A stretch of 64,000 nucleotides of DNA from Octopus vulgaris (lineage: Eukaryota): contig OX597820.1 of NCBI GenBank assembly GCA_951406725.2, positions 84,878,001 to 84,942,000 on the forward strand, in the 5' to 3' direction. The notes under the pieces are model-generated. The model worked only from the letters and a program-made list of their open reading frames with translations. It made no database searches and was not told the DNA's origin. A program made the position numbers and the translations under genes. Shown one piece after another: positions 13,066 to 26,560 of the stretch; positions within the stretch are counted from its first letter, which is position 1; each line of letters opens with the position of its first letter.

Positions 13066-13996
13066 AATCATATGTAATATGTATGTATGTTAAGTTTGTC
13101 AATCTGCATGTTTATGTGTGTGAAAATATATGTTGGTTATACATACATATAGAAATTAATGCACAGGAAACAAAAAAAATACCATATTAAATATATGCCA
13201 AATATGAATGATTTCTGAGAGGTAGAGGCCAGCAACAATGAACAGTTTAGTGCCTAGAAAATTGGCTAAAACTATCGGAAGAAAGCAAATAATTCGTTGG
13301 TTGAGGCGCAGCATGATAAACATATAATAACTTTTGTAGTTGATTTCAATAGAATAAAATGAGTGAAAGTCATCCAAAATACCAAGCGAAACAATTTTAT
13401 TACCACTCATTAAAAAATTAGAAATCATCGCGTCGGTTTCTACCCGAGTTAATTCTATTCAAATATATTCAGAAAACTCTTTGTCGCCACTTCTTTTCGC
13501 GAAGAACTGTAGCAGTGAATCATACTGGAGTTCAGAACTGCTCAAAATTACGAGACAGATCTTCTTAACACCTTGTTCATACTTGCAAAGTAGACAATTT
13601 TTTAACACTAGAAACATGATCATTGCGTATAAAAAGAAAAATATATAATGCTATATAAACCTTTTCATGATACTGATAATATAAAGTAAAAGGGCAAAGA
13701 AATGGAGGAAAATGGAATTAAATGGAGAGACAGCATTATCATCGCTCTAACAGGGCTTCTCGTTATCAACAGCATCTGTATTTCTGTGTTTAGATTAAGG
13801 CTGTTTTGATTAAATCAGTTCACATTAAACCGATGAATATATTCCTATCGTTCAGCAAGCTAAGTAAAATATATTTCTTACCAAACAAAAACCAATGAGA
13901 ATCATGCTGTCTGCATACTCTAATGATTTCTCGGCTAATCTGTGTTGGAAATCCCGTAATGATTTTTACACTGAAATCCCGATACACATTAATACA

Positions 13997-14045
<49 letters not shown>

Positions 14046-14232
14046 TTCTACACACCGAAACAGTCGTGCACACTGAGAGACGTACATGTGCAAATATGTA
14101 CTAATACACAGAAACACGCACACACACACACACAGAAACACAGGCATATATATCGCCGTGCGGGTTATTTAATTCATACGTATATTAGATTTCGTGACGG
14201 ACAACACATTCATGTGTCAAAATATTTTCCAG

Positions 14233-14322
14233 CTGCGTAAGACAAACATTGTCTGAGATATATCTGCGTGAAATAGATTCTGAATTGAGAATGACCATTG
14301 ATTGTTTATGGAAATTAGGAAG
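14233..14322 (+). CDS. Candidate 90-nt internal exon (phase 2-2), unknown product
   Basis: ttttccag acceptor, AAG|gtaagg donor, single open frame CVRQTLSEIYLREIDSELRMTIDCLWKLG; no homolog recognised. Confidence 0.3.
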
Positions 14323-14422
14323 GTAAGGACTACAACTTGTACATCAAGAGAAAACAAAAATCTGCAGCTTTGTTGCATTCTTCCTCACTGCAGTTGCTTT
14401 AAATAACTCTTGTTATATACAC

Positions 14423-14472
<50 letters not shown>

Positions 14473-14536
14473 GGCTAGCTATATCTTTCTACCTAGCTAG
14501 CTAGCTATATCTTTCTACCTAGCTAGCTAGCTGTCC

Positions 14537-14577
<41 letters not shown>

Positions 14578-15115
14578 GCCTCTAAACTTCCTCTAGCCAC
14601 CGTGAATCTTGCCAAAAATGACCTTCTTCACTTGCCCTTCTTTTTTGTACATTTATTCTTTTTTTTAACGACTTTAGAAATTTACCCCTCCATATATTCT
14701 TTTTTGTCATATATACTTCTCTTTTTTTTTCTCTTTCGCTTTGCTTTCCACTCATGTTTGATCAAATCTTCAGCGTGTTATCTGGGATCATTTACGTTAA
14801 TGCAATTTTCATTTAACTATGATATCTTCAGATTGATGAGCAGTTAGTTGAATACCTATCATTAAGTAACCACTACTTGCCAGGTTCTGCTAGGTAATAA
14901 ATGGATATAACCTGGATTTTACCTGTTCCTATATTTTGATTTTCCCTATATTTTGATTTTCATTCGGATAAATAACTCCGGATACTAACTGTGAACTATA
15001 AATTAACTTTGCTCAGCTTATCGAAATTCCCCCTTAAGGGTAAGATAAAACGATACATTTTCCTCATCAAAGACACAGGTTTGACACAGAACATTCACTA
15101 GAGTGTATATACGTG

Positions 15116-15214
<99 letters not shown>

Positions 15215-15247
15215 TGAGAAAGTTGGTTTGTGAAAGCACGTGGTTGA

Positions 15248-15473
15248 ATATATAGAAAATAGTAAAAAGTGAAAAGACTACAGAAGGCTTGTTTTAAAAG
15301 GTTAAAAAATATATATTTGAGTCAATATGTCTGAAGAATATTATAAATTATTTTCTTACAATGTCATTGTAAGAAACAAATTTATAATATTCTTCAGACA
15401 TATTGACTCAAATATATATTTTTTAACCTTTTAAAACAAGCCTTCTGTAGTCTTTTCACTTTTTACTATTCTC

Positions 15474-15480
<7 letters not shown>
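15248..15480. repeat. ~233-bp near-perfect palindrome (arms ~116 bp, 1-nt spacer at 15364) between two (TA)n tracts
   Basis: Arms are reverse complements with about 4 mismatches; centre TTACAATG-T-CATTGTAA; (TA)n at 15118-15212 and 15477-15550. Confidence 0.95.
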
Positions 15481-15554
<74 letters not shown>

Positions 15555-16141
15555 CTATCTATATATATATGTATATATATACGTGTATATATATGCATAT
15601 ATATATATATATATCAGTATATATATATATATGTAGATAGATACATATAGATATATACATATATACATGCATATATATAGATACATATATATATATACAA
15701 TCCGTACGTATGGACATAAGTATATATACACATATATACAGAGAGAGAGAGAGACAGACAGACAGAGATAGACTATTATTCGAATAAACAAATTAGACAC
15801 ATCAAATATATGAAATATATTAAATACATCAAATACAAAATATGTATATATATTTACATGGCAAACGAGGAAAAGCAAAATGTGGAAACTTCAGGTGACG
15901 AAATTTTAAATATATATATATATATATATATATATAGATAGATATTTATATTTATACGTGCAACTTACGCAGTGTACGTACGCTGTCATTTGTACTTTTC
16001 GTAAGTTTGACTTATTAATATATATATATATCTATATATTTATACTGAAAAATACTTTCTATATTTAAGAGATGAGGAATTACGTACATTATTCATATTA
16101 TTTACATTTGACGGATATTTGTCCTCAACTTGTTTGTTGTT

Positions 16142-16190
16142 AGCACAAAGTTTCGGCTGATATACCCTCCAGCCTTCATCTGCAGGTGTC
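16142..16190 (-). ncRNA. Degenerate minimal (type I) hammerhead-ribozyme motif within a ~200-bp repeat (16045-16245)
   Basis: Minus strand gacac-CTG(CAG)ATGA-a-GGCTG-gagggtatat-CAGCC-GAAAC-ttt-gtgct: catalytic boxes CUGANGA (3-nt insertion) and GAAAC flanking a perfect stem II; partial stem I gacac/gtgct. Confidence 0.6.
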
Positions 16191-16619
16191 TTGGGGAAAA
16201 TCCGAACTTGGTTTCTCATTCCTAAAGTATTTTCAAGTAAATTTCATATATAGATAGATATTTAGATGCATACATACATACATACACAAACACACATTAT
16301 ACTCTGTTTTAAATAAATTGAAAGACAGCCCGCCCTTAACGTAGCTGTTTAGTATACTAGATGTAGTCGTTGTTAAAAATACAAAACAGCCACTATTCTG
16401 ATCTCCATATATGCCGAAAAGGGGAAACAGGCTTCTGCAGTATATTAGGAGGCGAGATTAGTTTATAGTACCTGCAAACAAAACGTTGAAAGACAATATC
16501 TCCGAGGTGGGAGTGAGAAAATTTCAGAGGTACAAGCTGACTGGAACCAGGGACCCACCAAAATTGTTCCAAATAGGCCGGCCCTGACTGGATGTTAAAA
16601 CTTGTCTTAAAGCATAAAA

Positions 16620-17673
16620 AGAAGAAAGCAGCATACTCTGTAATAAAACAGGCAAATGAATAACGAAGTGAATGCCAAATCCAACAAATCCAGGAATTAG
16701 ACGTATTGGAGACCAGCGCAGAAAAAGCGAAGCATATGAAAACCCGTGCTAAAACTGCTACCTTAGTTATTCAAGGGCAAGGAAAACCACCTCGCAGTCG
16801 TAAATACCCAAAGAGAGAAAGAGAGCTCATAATTCCGATTAAAAAAGCCCTTACCCATCAATGAATAGTTTCTTCTAGCTTAAAACAGAGGATATATAAT
16901 CGCAACCCAAGATCAATGCTTACTTTTCAAGGAGCTACCAGGGCAACATATAAAAGAAGAGCGGTAAGACAATATGTCGTGTATGTAAGCAAACACAAAA
17001 TGAAACCATTGATCATGTTGTCTCCAAAATGCATGATAGAGCAGCACAGTATATTCACTGGGTATTTTTCAAAAACTTGGACGTACCCCATGATAAGAAC
17101 TGGTGGGAACACAAACCACTGCTAGTGCTTGAATATGATCATATTTCGTTCCTGTGGAACTTCACCGTTCAAACTGACAGATGGATAGATGGGAATAGGC
17201 CAGACATTATATTGAAAGACTTCAGAAAAAAAATCACGCCTCTTCATTGATATGATTGTCCCAATCGACGTAAATATATCTGTCAAGACCTAGCACAAAG
17301 CGAGCGTGTATAAAGATCTTGAAATACAAATTGGCAAAATATGGAACATCGAGACTAAAACAATATCTGTTGTCATAGGTACCCTCAGAATGATAGCAAA
17401 AGCTGCTGATTCCTATCTAGCTCAGATACCAGGAAACCCCCAAACAGCAGAGATTCAAAAGATAGTGCTTAATCCTACGAAAAATACGAGCTATGTAATC
17501 TCATTAAGCAAACTTATAATTTTCTTAAGTTTTATTAAATATTCTTTATAACTATACTATGTGCAAAACCAATTATATGACAACCTAGGCATAAAACCAA
17601 CTTCAGCATCTAACTTCTTGTTTTTTTGAGGTCTCTGATTGACACTTGGAGTCAACTTCTGCAAAAACAAAGC
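16620..17673 (+). mobile_element. 5'-truncated degraded R4/Dong-like RLE element
   Basis: IIATQDQCL (~16900), CRVCK..ETIDHVVS (~16975-17025), HDRAAQYIHW..WWEHKP..LWNFTVQTDRWIDGNRPDIILKD (ORF 17029-17250), YKDLEIQIGKIWNIETKTISVVIGTL (ORF 17306-17551); ends in (AAT)n. Confidence 0.88.
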
Positions 17674-18111
<438 letters not shown>

Positions 18112-18673
18112 ATTAACACACTAAAATGAACTTGAAACACTGAAAAAATAAAAATACTATTTTAAACGAATGATGAGATAGAACAGAAAGTGGATCATTA
18201 ACACATACGCCTGCATTGACCAAATTTAAGACAGTAAGTGACATTAGTTATTAACAGGCCAGGTTTAAAGTTCTAGATGTAGGACTAATTTTAGAATCAC
18301 TAACGCCACGCACAAGAATAGTTCTGGTTGAGATTATACTCTACTCAGATATCTAAAGTACAGTTAAATTTGACCATAACGAAGCAACAGCAATAATTAA
18401 CACCATGATGTCTACCAAGATGCACGATTTACAGTGTGAACGGGCTTGCAGTGGGAAGACGTGTAGAACCTGACAAAGAAAGATGTGATCAACTTTACAC
18501 TAATTCCAAGAGGTATAAATCTCTGTCCTCCCGATATTTATTAATTTGATGCACATCTATCTCTCTATCTATCTGATTATATTATACAGGCAGATAGATA
18601 GAGAGATAGATATACACTATGTGTATATCTATGTGGTATTAAGTAAGCTATTTATCATGCAGTCACTCCTGCA

Positions 18674-18676
<3 letters not shown>

Positions 18677-18759
<83 letters not shown>

Positions 18760-18788
18760 CATGTATACATATATATATACATATATAC

Positions 18789-18854
<66 letters not shown>

Positions 18855-18862
18855 ACATATAT

Positions 18863-18915
<53 letters not shown>
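18677..18915. repeat. (TA)n microsatellite with TACA interruptions
   Basis: Seen directly. Confidence 0.96.
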
Positions 18916-18919
<4 letters not shown>

Positions 18920-19126
18920 ATATTTTGGACTAATGGATGTATGTCGATTAGTCTGTGGAAATATTTAATAGAGCACTAACACAATTTGGGCGAGCTGGTG
19001 TCATCTGCAGTGTGGGTATATTTCCGTTGCATCTACTTCAAAATCTCCGCAGCGTTAGTTGAGATAATAAAAATAATTTCTTAAGAAACCAGATGATGTA
19101 TTTGGTATTCATCGTTTTTTTTGCAG

Positions 19127-19176
19127 AACGGTCGTTTCGACCCATTCTTCTACTCTCCCCTATGGGTGGGGCTCTG
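19127..19176 (+). other. Candidate 50-nt internal exon
   Basis: Strong acceptor cgttttttttgcag| and consensus donor CTG|gtaagt; GC-richer than flanks; all three frames open. Confidence 0.4.
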
Positions 19177-19663
19177 GTAAGTATGTTGTGTTGCATTCAT
19201 CTGCAGTCTGGGTCTCATCAGGTATATCTACACTTGAAGCTGTATCTCACTAATGATCCTGAGTCTTTGATGGCATGTTACTCTATGCTCGTCTGGTTAG
19301 TGAATAAAATATTGCTACAGTGTTCAATTACTATTATCTTTATATAATATTAATTGCAAACATTTGTAAATATAGACTCTTAACTGTTGATAACAAAAAA
19401 GATTGTAGGGGAAATTAATGAATGGACAGGAATGGATTTAGTTACATTGGTTTTCAGTCAAAGGAATGGTCCTTGGAAAGGGAAATATACATATGCAGGC
19501 TAAAACATCTACGGAGCGAAAGGTGTAAGCGTGTACCCATACATACATACATACATACATGCATACATGCATGCATATACATATACGCATGCACGCACAC
19601 ACATACGTATATATTTACACGCATACATATGTCCACATATATATAGACATATACACATATATG

Positions 19664-19749
<86 letters not shown>

Positions 19750-20680
19750 CACAACAATGCACGTACCATGGATAAACACATACCCCCAACACATACCCAC
19801 ACTTACAGATACATGCATAACTACTCACACCCTCACGTACACGTATACATTCTGGCATCTCGTTAGTTTTTCAAACAGTAACTAGTTGGCCTATAATTAC
19901 CAGTACATAGCTGCATTGTAAGTTTACATTTCTTAACTTATATGAACATCAATATCTGCCAACACGTGTAAAGATAAAGAAAGGTATATCTTAGCCTCTG
20001 TAATTCATCTGTTGCGTTAGTTTTAAAGCTATATTGTAGTACTTTTTAGTTTGCATATTTTAATGAGTCACATTTGCGTATCATGGGTGCGTATCGCGGT
20101 TAAGTACCATGCAATGACGCCAGACCAAATAAGAATAATTTGAAATAATTTAATGCGTCCCTTTGTGATCTACGTAATGTATTATAGGAAATACATCCCA
20201 ATATGCATTACCTTCCTTGGGAATCACATTTCAAAATATGTTGAGATATCTTAACCGTGGAATGTTTTGGTAATAGATGTATTTCCTATTCCACAGATAT
20301 GAAAGTCGTGTATTAAATCCTTCCAAAATAGCATTATTTGCTTTGGCTTCGTCATTACTATGTGTGTGAGTTTGTGTGTGTGTTTTGGTAAATACTAATA
20401 CATGTCGAAGCAGGCCAGTAAATTAACTAAAGTAAAAGGAGTAGCCATTCCAGGAAAGTGTGTTGAAAACTCTCTTTAGTATATTCTAAGGAAATACTTT
20501 CAGAGAGTTACAGAGCACCATAAAAGCTGAGACAAGGTTAAGTATTGTACGAGGTCGACAAAGAGAGGTATAAATCTAGTTTAGAAGAATTATATTTGAG
20601 AGGAGTGAATGAATGTAGTTTGAACATAAATTCTTCTAGCTCTGAACTGCAATAATCTAAAACGAATACGGCAATACATT

Positions 20681-20774
<94 letters not shown>

Positions 20775-21574
20775 CATCTATTTATATATACAGAAGTGTA
20801 TATTGATACATACAAAGGTTAATACATATAGATAGAGTGTCACAATTCACCGAAAGTGCTTCGGCTTATATATATATAACCGGGAAACGTTTTGATCAGC
20901 CGAAAGATTTATGGAATCATTATTAGATTAGCCGGCAACATCAATCTTGAGATAATATGTACATAAGGTGGTGGGTAAATGTCTTTGTGCCACAGCGTAA
21001 ACAATTGTGTTTGTTCATGATGCTTTTCATCTTTCAGAATCCCCATCATTCATCGTATATTTCAATAGAATTGCAAGACATAATTCGACAGTAAAGATTA
21101 TAACAATGCCTAACATCTATAGTACCTAATTAATTACATATATAAATAAATATATAAAAATCATTTGTTCACTATTAGTGGCTCTCTTAATTGTGTAACA
21201 TTAAAATTATTAGAAAAGGTCTCCAAGACAAATCTAATCAAATTTATGTGATCTGTAATTCGATTAATAAATACTTTGATAGCTAGACTGTTTAATATAT
21301 ATTTAAATATCTAGTAAGCTTCATTAGGCTGATGTTAAAAATCGACATTGTTTGGAAACACACGAAATGCGAAGTGCTAAAATTAGTAAATTAGTAAATT
21401 CAATAAAAGAATTGTAACATAATTCAGCAACGAGATTGCTTGCCTATATAGATTACAAGATAACATTACCTATTTCAGAAGACAGAACTGTATGGGGTTT
21501 TGATCTGAAAAGGCGCTAATATATTTATGCCCGTGTTATAGATACGGAAACGCACTTATCCACGCACGCACATG

Positions 21575-21626
<52 letters not shown>

Positions 21627-21924
21627 TTTTAAATTATTATCTCAACCGAAATGCTACTTGGGTTGTATTTAATTTCTTCCGTGATACACACTACCACCAC
21701 GGCTGGGTAGTGATATTTCCGATGATTTTTGACAGCCCCTTTGTAGTAACATACATAATACATATTGCATGATTTTACATGCAGCAAACTCAGCATCGGT
21801 AGATTCTGAACTCAGGATGTAAAGCCGGAAAAAATTCTGCTATGCATTATTTTCGGTGAGGTAAAAATTCTGCCTGTTCACCGCCTTGATACTATTTGTG
21901 ATGAGGATAATGATGATAATAACG

Positions 21925-22130
21925 TTTCCTACTAAAGGCATAAATTCTGTAATTTGGGGGAGAGGACTAGTGGAATACATTGGCCCTATAATATCACTGG
22001 TACTTTATTTATCGACCCCGAAATGATGGGAGGGATTATAGACCTTGGCGAACTCTCAACTCGCAACGTGAAAATGGACAAAATGCCTGTGCCGGGCGTG
22101 CTACCAGTTCTGCAAGGTCACTGCCTTGAT
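21925..22130 (-). mobile_element. Diverged tRNA-derived SINE (family with central TTTCATCC-TTCGGGGTCGATAAA-AAGTACCAG motif)
   Basis: CTGGTACTTTATTTATCGACCCCGAAATGATG...GACCTTGGCG aligns to the clearer copies at 39500-39880; a further head-only remnant lies at ~21790-21890. Confidence 0.75.
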
Positions 22131-22152
22131 AATAATAAAACAAAATTAATAC

Positions 22153-22252
<100 letters not shown>

Positions 22253-22274
22253 AAGAAGAAGAAATAGTTCGTGA

Positions 22275-22810
22275 GTGAAATGTAAAGAAACAGAAAAGAT
22301 CGAGAAATACGACTGCGGAACGAGAAAGCAATGTTATGGGGCGTGAGGAAAATAATGGTGATTACTTTTTCTTTCTCTTCACTTTCCTGCTATTTACTTC
22401 TGTTCTTCTTACTCTCGCTAATCCTTGTTTTGTCGGGTGTGGTAGGGAGTGGTGTTGTTCTTTCCCCGCTTCTTTTATGCCTGCGTCGGTTTTGTTGATA
22501 TTTCTGCTGCTGCTGCCACACAACCAAATTAAGTTGCAGACGGAATTATATCTCATCTTGCAACAACCGTCGGTACCCTTGATTTGAGAGGCCATGTTGG
22601 TAATTTTGTTTTCAAAATATTGAATTTAACGTTGTTAAAACTCAAAATTCGCCCTTAATGGGTGAATTTGTTACAACCCTAGCTGACCTTGCATGTAGAG
22701 AGAGCTGGGTTAAAAAGACGTCCGTTCATTCAATAAAATACGTAAAATCATACACTAAAACCACAACTTTTAAGAAAAATTAACGGACATTCGAACACGC
22801 AACCGCCAGC
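22275..22810 (-). promoter_or_regulatory. Possible promoter / first-exon island of a host transcript
   Basis: Non-repetitive and CpG-richer than flanks; minus-strand CAACATGGCC (YY1/Kozak-like) at ~22590-22599, purine-rich 5'UTR-like tract, possible donor AAAAA|gtaatc at ~22365. Confidence 0.35.
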
Positions 22811-22844
22811 TCCAGACACAAAAGATGACAATAATAGTAATTCT

Positions 22845-23030
22845 TTCTACTAACGGTACACAGTCTGAAATACTGGGTGAAGGGACTAGTTGATTTCATC
22901 GGCGCCTATGTTTCATTCGTATTTAACTTACCGACCCCGAAAGTCCACCTCGGCGGGATGTTAACCTCAAACGACATGCCGCTAATAATTTTTTTCCGGT
23001 GTTCTAACGGTTCAGCCACCTCACCGCCTT
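22845..23030 (-). mobile_element. Diverged SINE, same family as 21925-22130
   Basis: TTTCTACTAA..CTGAAAT..GGACTAG..CCGACCCCGAAAGTCCACCTCGGCGG..CACCGCCTT. Confidence 0.7.
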
Positions 23031-23031
23031 T

Positions 23032-23070
23032 CTAATAATACTAATACTACTACTACTACTAATAATAATA

Positions 23071-23121
<51 letters not shown>

Positions 23122-23140
23122 GTGATGATGCTAGTGATGA

Positions 23141-23171
<31 letters not shown>

Positions 23172-23186
23172 GATGATGATGATGAT

Positions 23187-23270
<84 letters not shown>

Positions 23271-23298
23271 AAGAAGAAGAAGAAGAAGAAGAAGAAGA
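23032..23298. repeat. Compound (ACT)n/(GAT)n/(AAT)n/(AAG)n microsatellite
   Basis: Seen directly. Confidence 0.96.
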
Positions 23299-23299
23299 A

Positions 23300-23440
23300 T
23301 TTCTACCATAGGCTCAAGTCCTGGAATTTAGAGGAGGGCATTAAGTCGATTATATCGAGCGAAGTGCAGAACTGGTACTTATTTAGTCGATCCTGAAAGG
23401 ATGAAAGAGAAAGTCGACGTAGGCGGAATTTAACCTCTAA
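23300..23440 (-). mobile_element. Diverged SINE, same family
   Basis: CTGGTACTTATTTAGTCGATCCTGAAAGGATGAAAGAGAAAGTCGACGTAGGCGGAATTT. Confidence 0.78.
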
Positions 23441-25823
23441 CATTTCTACTGCTACTACATCAATTTATGATGTATTTTAAAACCGCAAGCCCGCCATAGA
23501 CTCCGCAAACGGCTGAAGGGTTCCTAGTATACAACTGATTTTATCTTCTTAATATTGCAACTATGCTCATGACCAATCAATCTTTTTCTCTAGAATATTT
23601 CATTTCGGCTGGTAAAAATTTATGGCTAAATATTTTCAGAAGACGCCACTACCCACTTACAACAGCAATTTCGCCAGTTTGAGAGTATGTAGCAGAAGTT
23701 TATTTCTCGATTTGATTGATCAAACAATATATAACTTCGAAGGCCGGTATAGGAATATTTAGTCAGTGGAATACAATTTTACAATGCCACAAGATGCATA
23801 TAATTTAATTCATCAATCTGAAATGCAATAAAAAGCAATCATAATATCGGCAATGTCATCTACCTCCTCATCATCATCAGTGATAATTAAATAGAAAGGA
23901 AGCTGACGTCATATAACATGTAAGACATAACCATATTCACTCCACAAATATGGCGAATAAAAGGAGCACATACTAGGAGAGTTATATTAAAAAATATACT
24001 ACTGCTACTGTATTATAGATATATTAGAATGAGAATTGTTTAACTTCCGTCTGTTACTATTTCGAAAGCAATTAGACTTTTATTAAATTAATAAACTCGT
24101 TAAAAATGCTGGCTTTATTGAACATTATGAAGGATGCGTTATGAACTAACTGATATTCTTTTGAACGATCAAAGAACTACAACCATATGTAGAATTTGGT
24201 ACAGTAAGTGATTCTTCTAGACGATACCGTATAAATTAGTGTACTGATTTACACTTCAAAGTATATTAGGATATCAGGAGATACATCTAATATCATTTCA
24301 TGTCTTACTGTAATATTTATAGCAAGATATATCTGCTAGCCTGCAAGATATTTGTTTGTGGACATATAGCCAAAATGCCTATCATGCTTCAAAACGGGAA
24401 TAAAATATTATCAGTTGCATCAGTACGGTCTATATGTTAGAAAAGTACAATGGAACCAGACGAATTACTCACGAACATCCTACAAGATCACCGACAACAG
24501 ATATGAAGAAATCCAGCAGTGATACCATCACCGTGTACCATCACCGGTTACAAAGTTGTCCAGCATCTACTGCTCAATTCAACATTAAACAATCAAGAAC
24601 AGTATTTTTTAGTCAAATGGAAATAAAAATCAACCTAACCATCAGTGAATTTGGTGAAGCAGATTGCACTATGGAGCACAAATATCAAACTTTCCTTTTG
24701 TCGTTTGCCCAGCATAGCATATTTGAAGAACTAATACGCTTCGAAGAATCGAACGAGCAAGAAGAATACTATCTTAAATAGACGAAATTATATTTCGTGG
24801 AAGATAATAAAACGACTGAATTATCTGGATGATATATATTTTATCTGCTTCGGTTTGGTGAACATAAAAGTAAAACGTTGAATGAGTTGAACGAACATCT
24901 TCAATATTATTTAGATTTTCATCAATATAACACAGTATGTAGTCGATAGCAATAATACTCTTATAAGTTGCAGAAATGATGCTTTAAACTACCTGGGCAA
25001 GGTATGAACTTTAAACATAAAAATGTGTAAATGTTGAAACGCCTTTATGTTCCTATTTATTCTGGATATGCTTAATAATCATCCCATATTCAACAAAAAT
25101 AATGAATTGTTTTAGCAAAGTTTCGATGCACTTACGTCCGAAGACAATTTTATAGTACTTCTCTAGACCCACTAGCTATTGTAAATATCATTGAGATAGT
25201 GAAAACTACTAATAAAAATGGTAAACAACAATATATATATATATGTGAGACAGAGAATTAACGACAATGAGTTATATTTTATGCAATTCAACAGTCAGAA
25301 GAATATTGACTCATGGCTAGACACACAAAGCAAACGAGTTTAATTTTGATGATGGTATGTAAACTGTAGCTCCATAGGTAATTGAATTTCGATGAAAATT
25401 TTGGAAAGGAAAATAGAGGTAATTGAAGTAAGTGGGAAAGAGACAAAAAATTATCCAGGCGAATATGACTAAGTGGAACGACATACGTTTAAATACAAAT
25501 TGTCAGCTAGAATAGAGCAGTTGAAGAATATCATAAAAAGAAGAATTTCAATGTGAAAATGAACATTAAAAAAAAAATTAAGGAATTGGTGCTGTAGCAG
25601 CTGGTTACGATAAAAGAGGATGCATTATCGATTTATTACAATTATCTTCATCTCTAGATGTTTCATTATGGCAAACTAAAAATTAAAACTGTCTCAAGAA
25701 GATAAGATAATCAAGAATTATCCAATATTGATATACCATTAAGAAAATCTACCTTCACTGTCTGGATACACGAGGGTAATCGCGAAAATCTGTTTGTACA
25801 TATGCGCGCAGACACACATGTAC

Positions 25824-25873
<50 letters not shown>

Positions 25874-25893
25874 TGTATGTGTGTGTGTGAGTG

Positions 25894-25962
<69 letters not shown>

Positions 25963-26139
25963 TTATATATATATACATACTTCTTTTATTTTCTTGATAT
26001 CCTAAATTGGATTTCGATGCAATATTATGCAATATACTGTGCAATAGGCATCTGCAAGTTATTATTGATATACATACATAAATACATATATACATAAATA
26101 TATATGTGTATGCATTTATGTAATATATATTTTTTCTTT

Positions 26140-26508
26140 CACTTCCTTCAGTAATTTCACTGCAACCATGGTTTAGCACTGCTTTTAGTCGAACAAATCG
26201 ATACCAGAACCTATTTTTTGTTAGCCTAGTACTTATTCTATCGGTTGCTTTTGATGAACCTCTAAGTTAAGGGGAGGTAAACACACCAGCATCGATTTTC
26301 AAGCGACGTTGGGGGAACAAACACAGACACAAAAACATACACACACACACAAACACACACGTACATATATGTATACGACGGGCTTCTTTCAGTTTCTGTC
26401 TACCAATTCCTCACAAGGCTTTTGTCAGCCCGAGGGTATAGTAGAAGACAACTGTCGGAAACATGTGTTTGAGAAGCAAGCTTCTTACCAAACAGCTATT
26501 CCTGCACC
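26140..26508 (-). mobile_element. tRNA-derived SINE with internal (CA)n/(TG)n tract
   Basis: Head (minus strand) GGTGCAGGAATAGCTGTTTGGTAAGAAGCTTGC, body ..GACAGAAACTGAAAGAAGCCCGTCG-(TG)n-..ACCGATAGAATAAGTACTAGG; matches the halves at 33790-33982 and 35122-35305. Confidence 0.8.
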
Positions 26509-26560
26509 TATATATGTGTGTGTGTGTGTGCGTGAGTGTGTGTGTGTGTGGGTGTGTATA

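Noticed and set aside
13367-13648. ~90-codon start-less open frame on the plus strand (KSSKIPSETILLPLIKK...)
   Set aside because: No convincing splice acceptor or recognisable domain; compatible with chance
14832-14893. Exon candidate IDEQLVEYLSLSNHYLPGSA
   Set aside because: Starts in phase 0, incompatible with the neighbouring phase-2 candidate; donor only moderate
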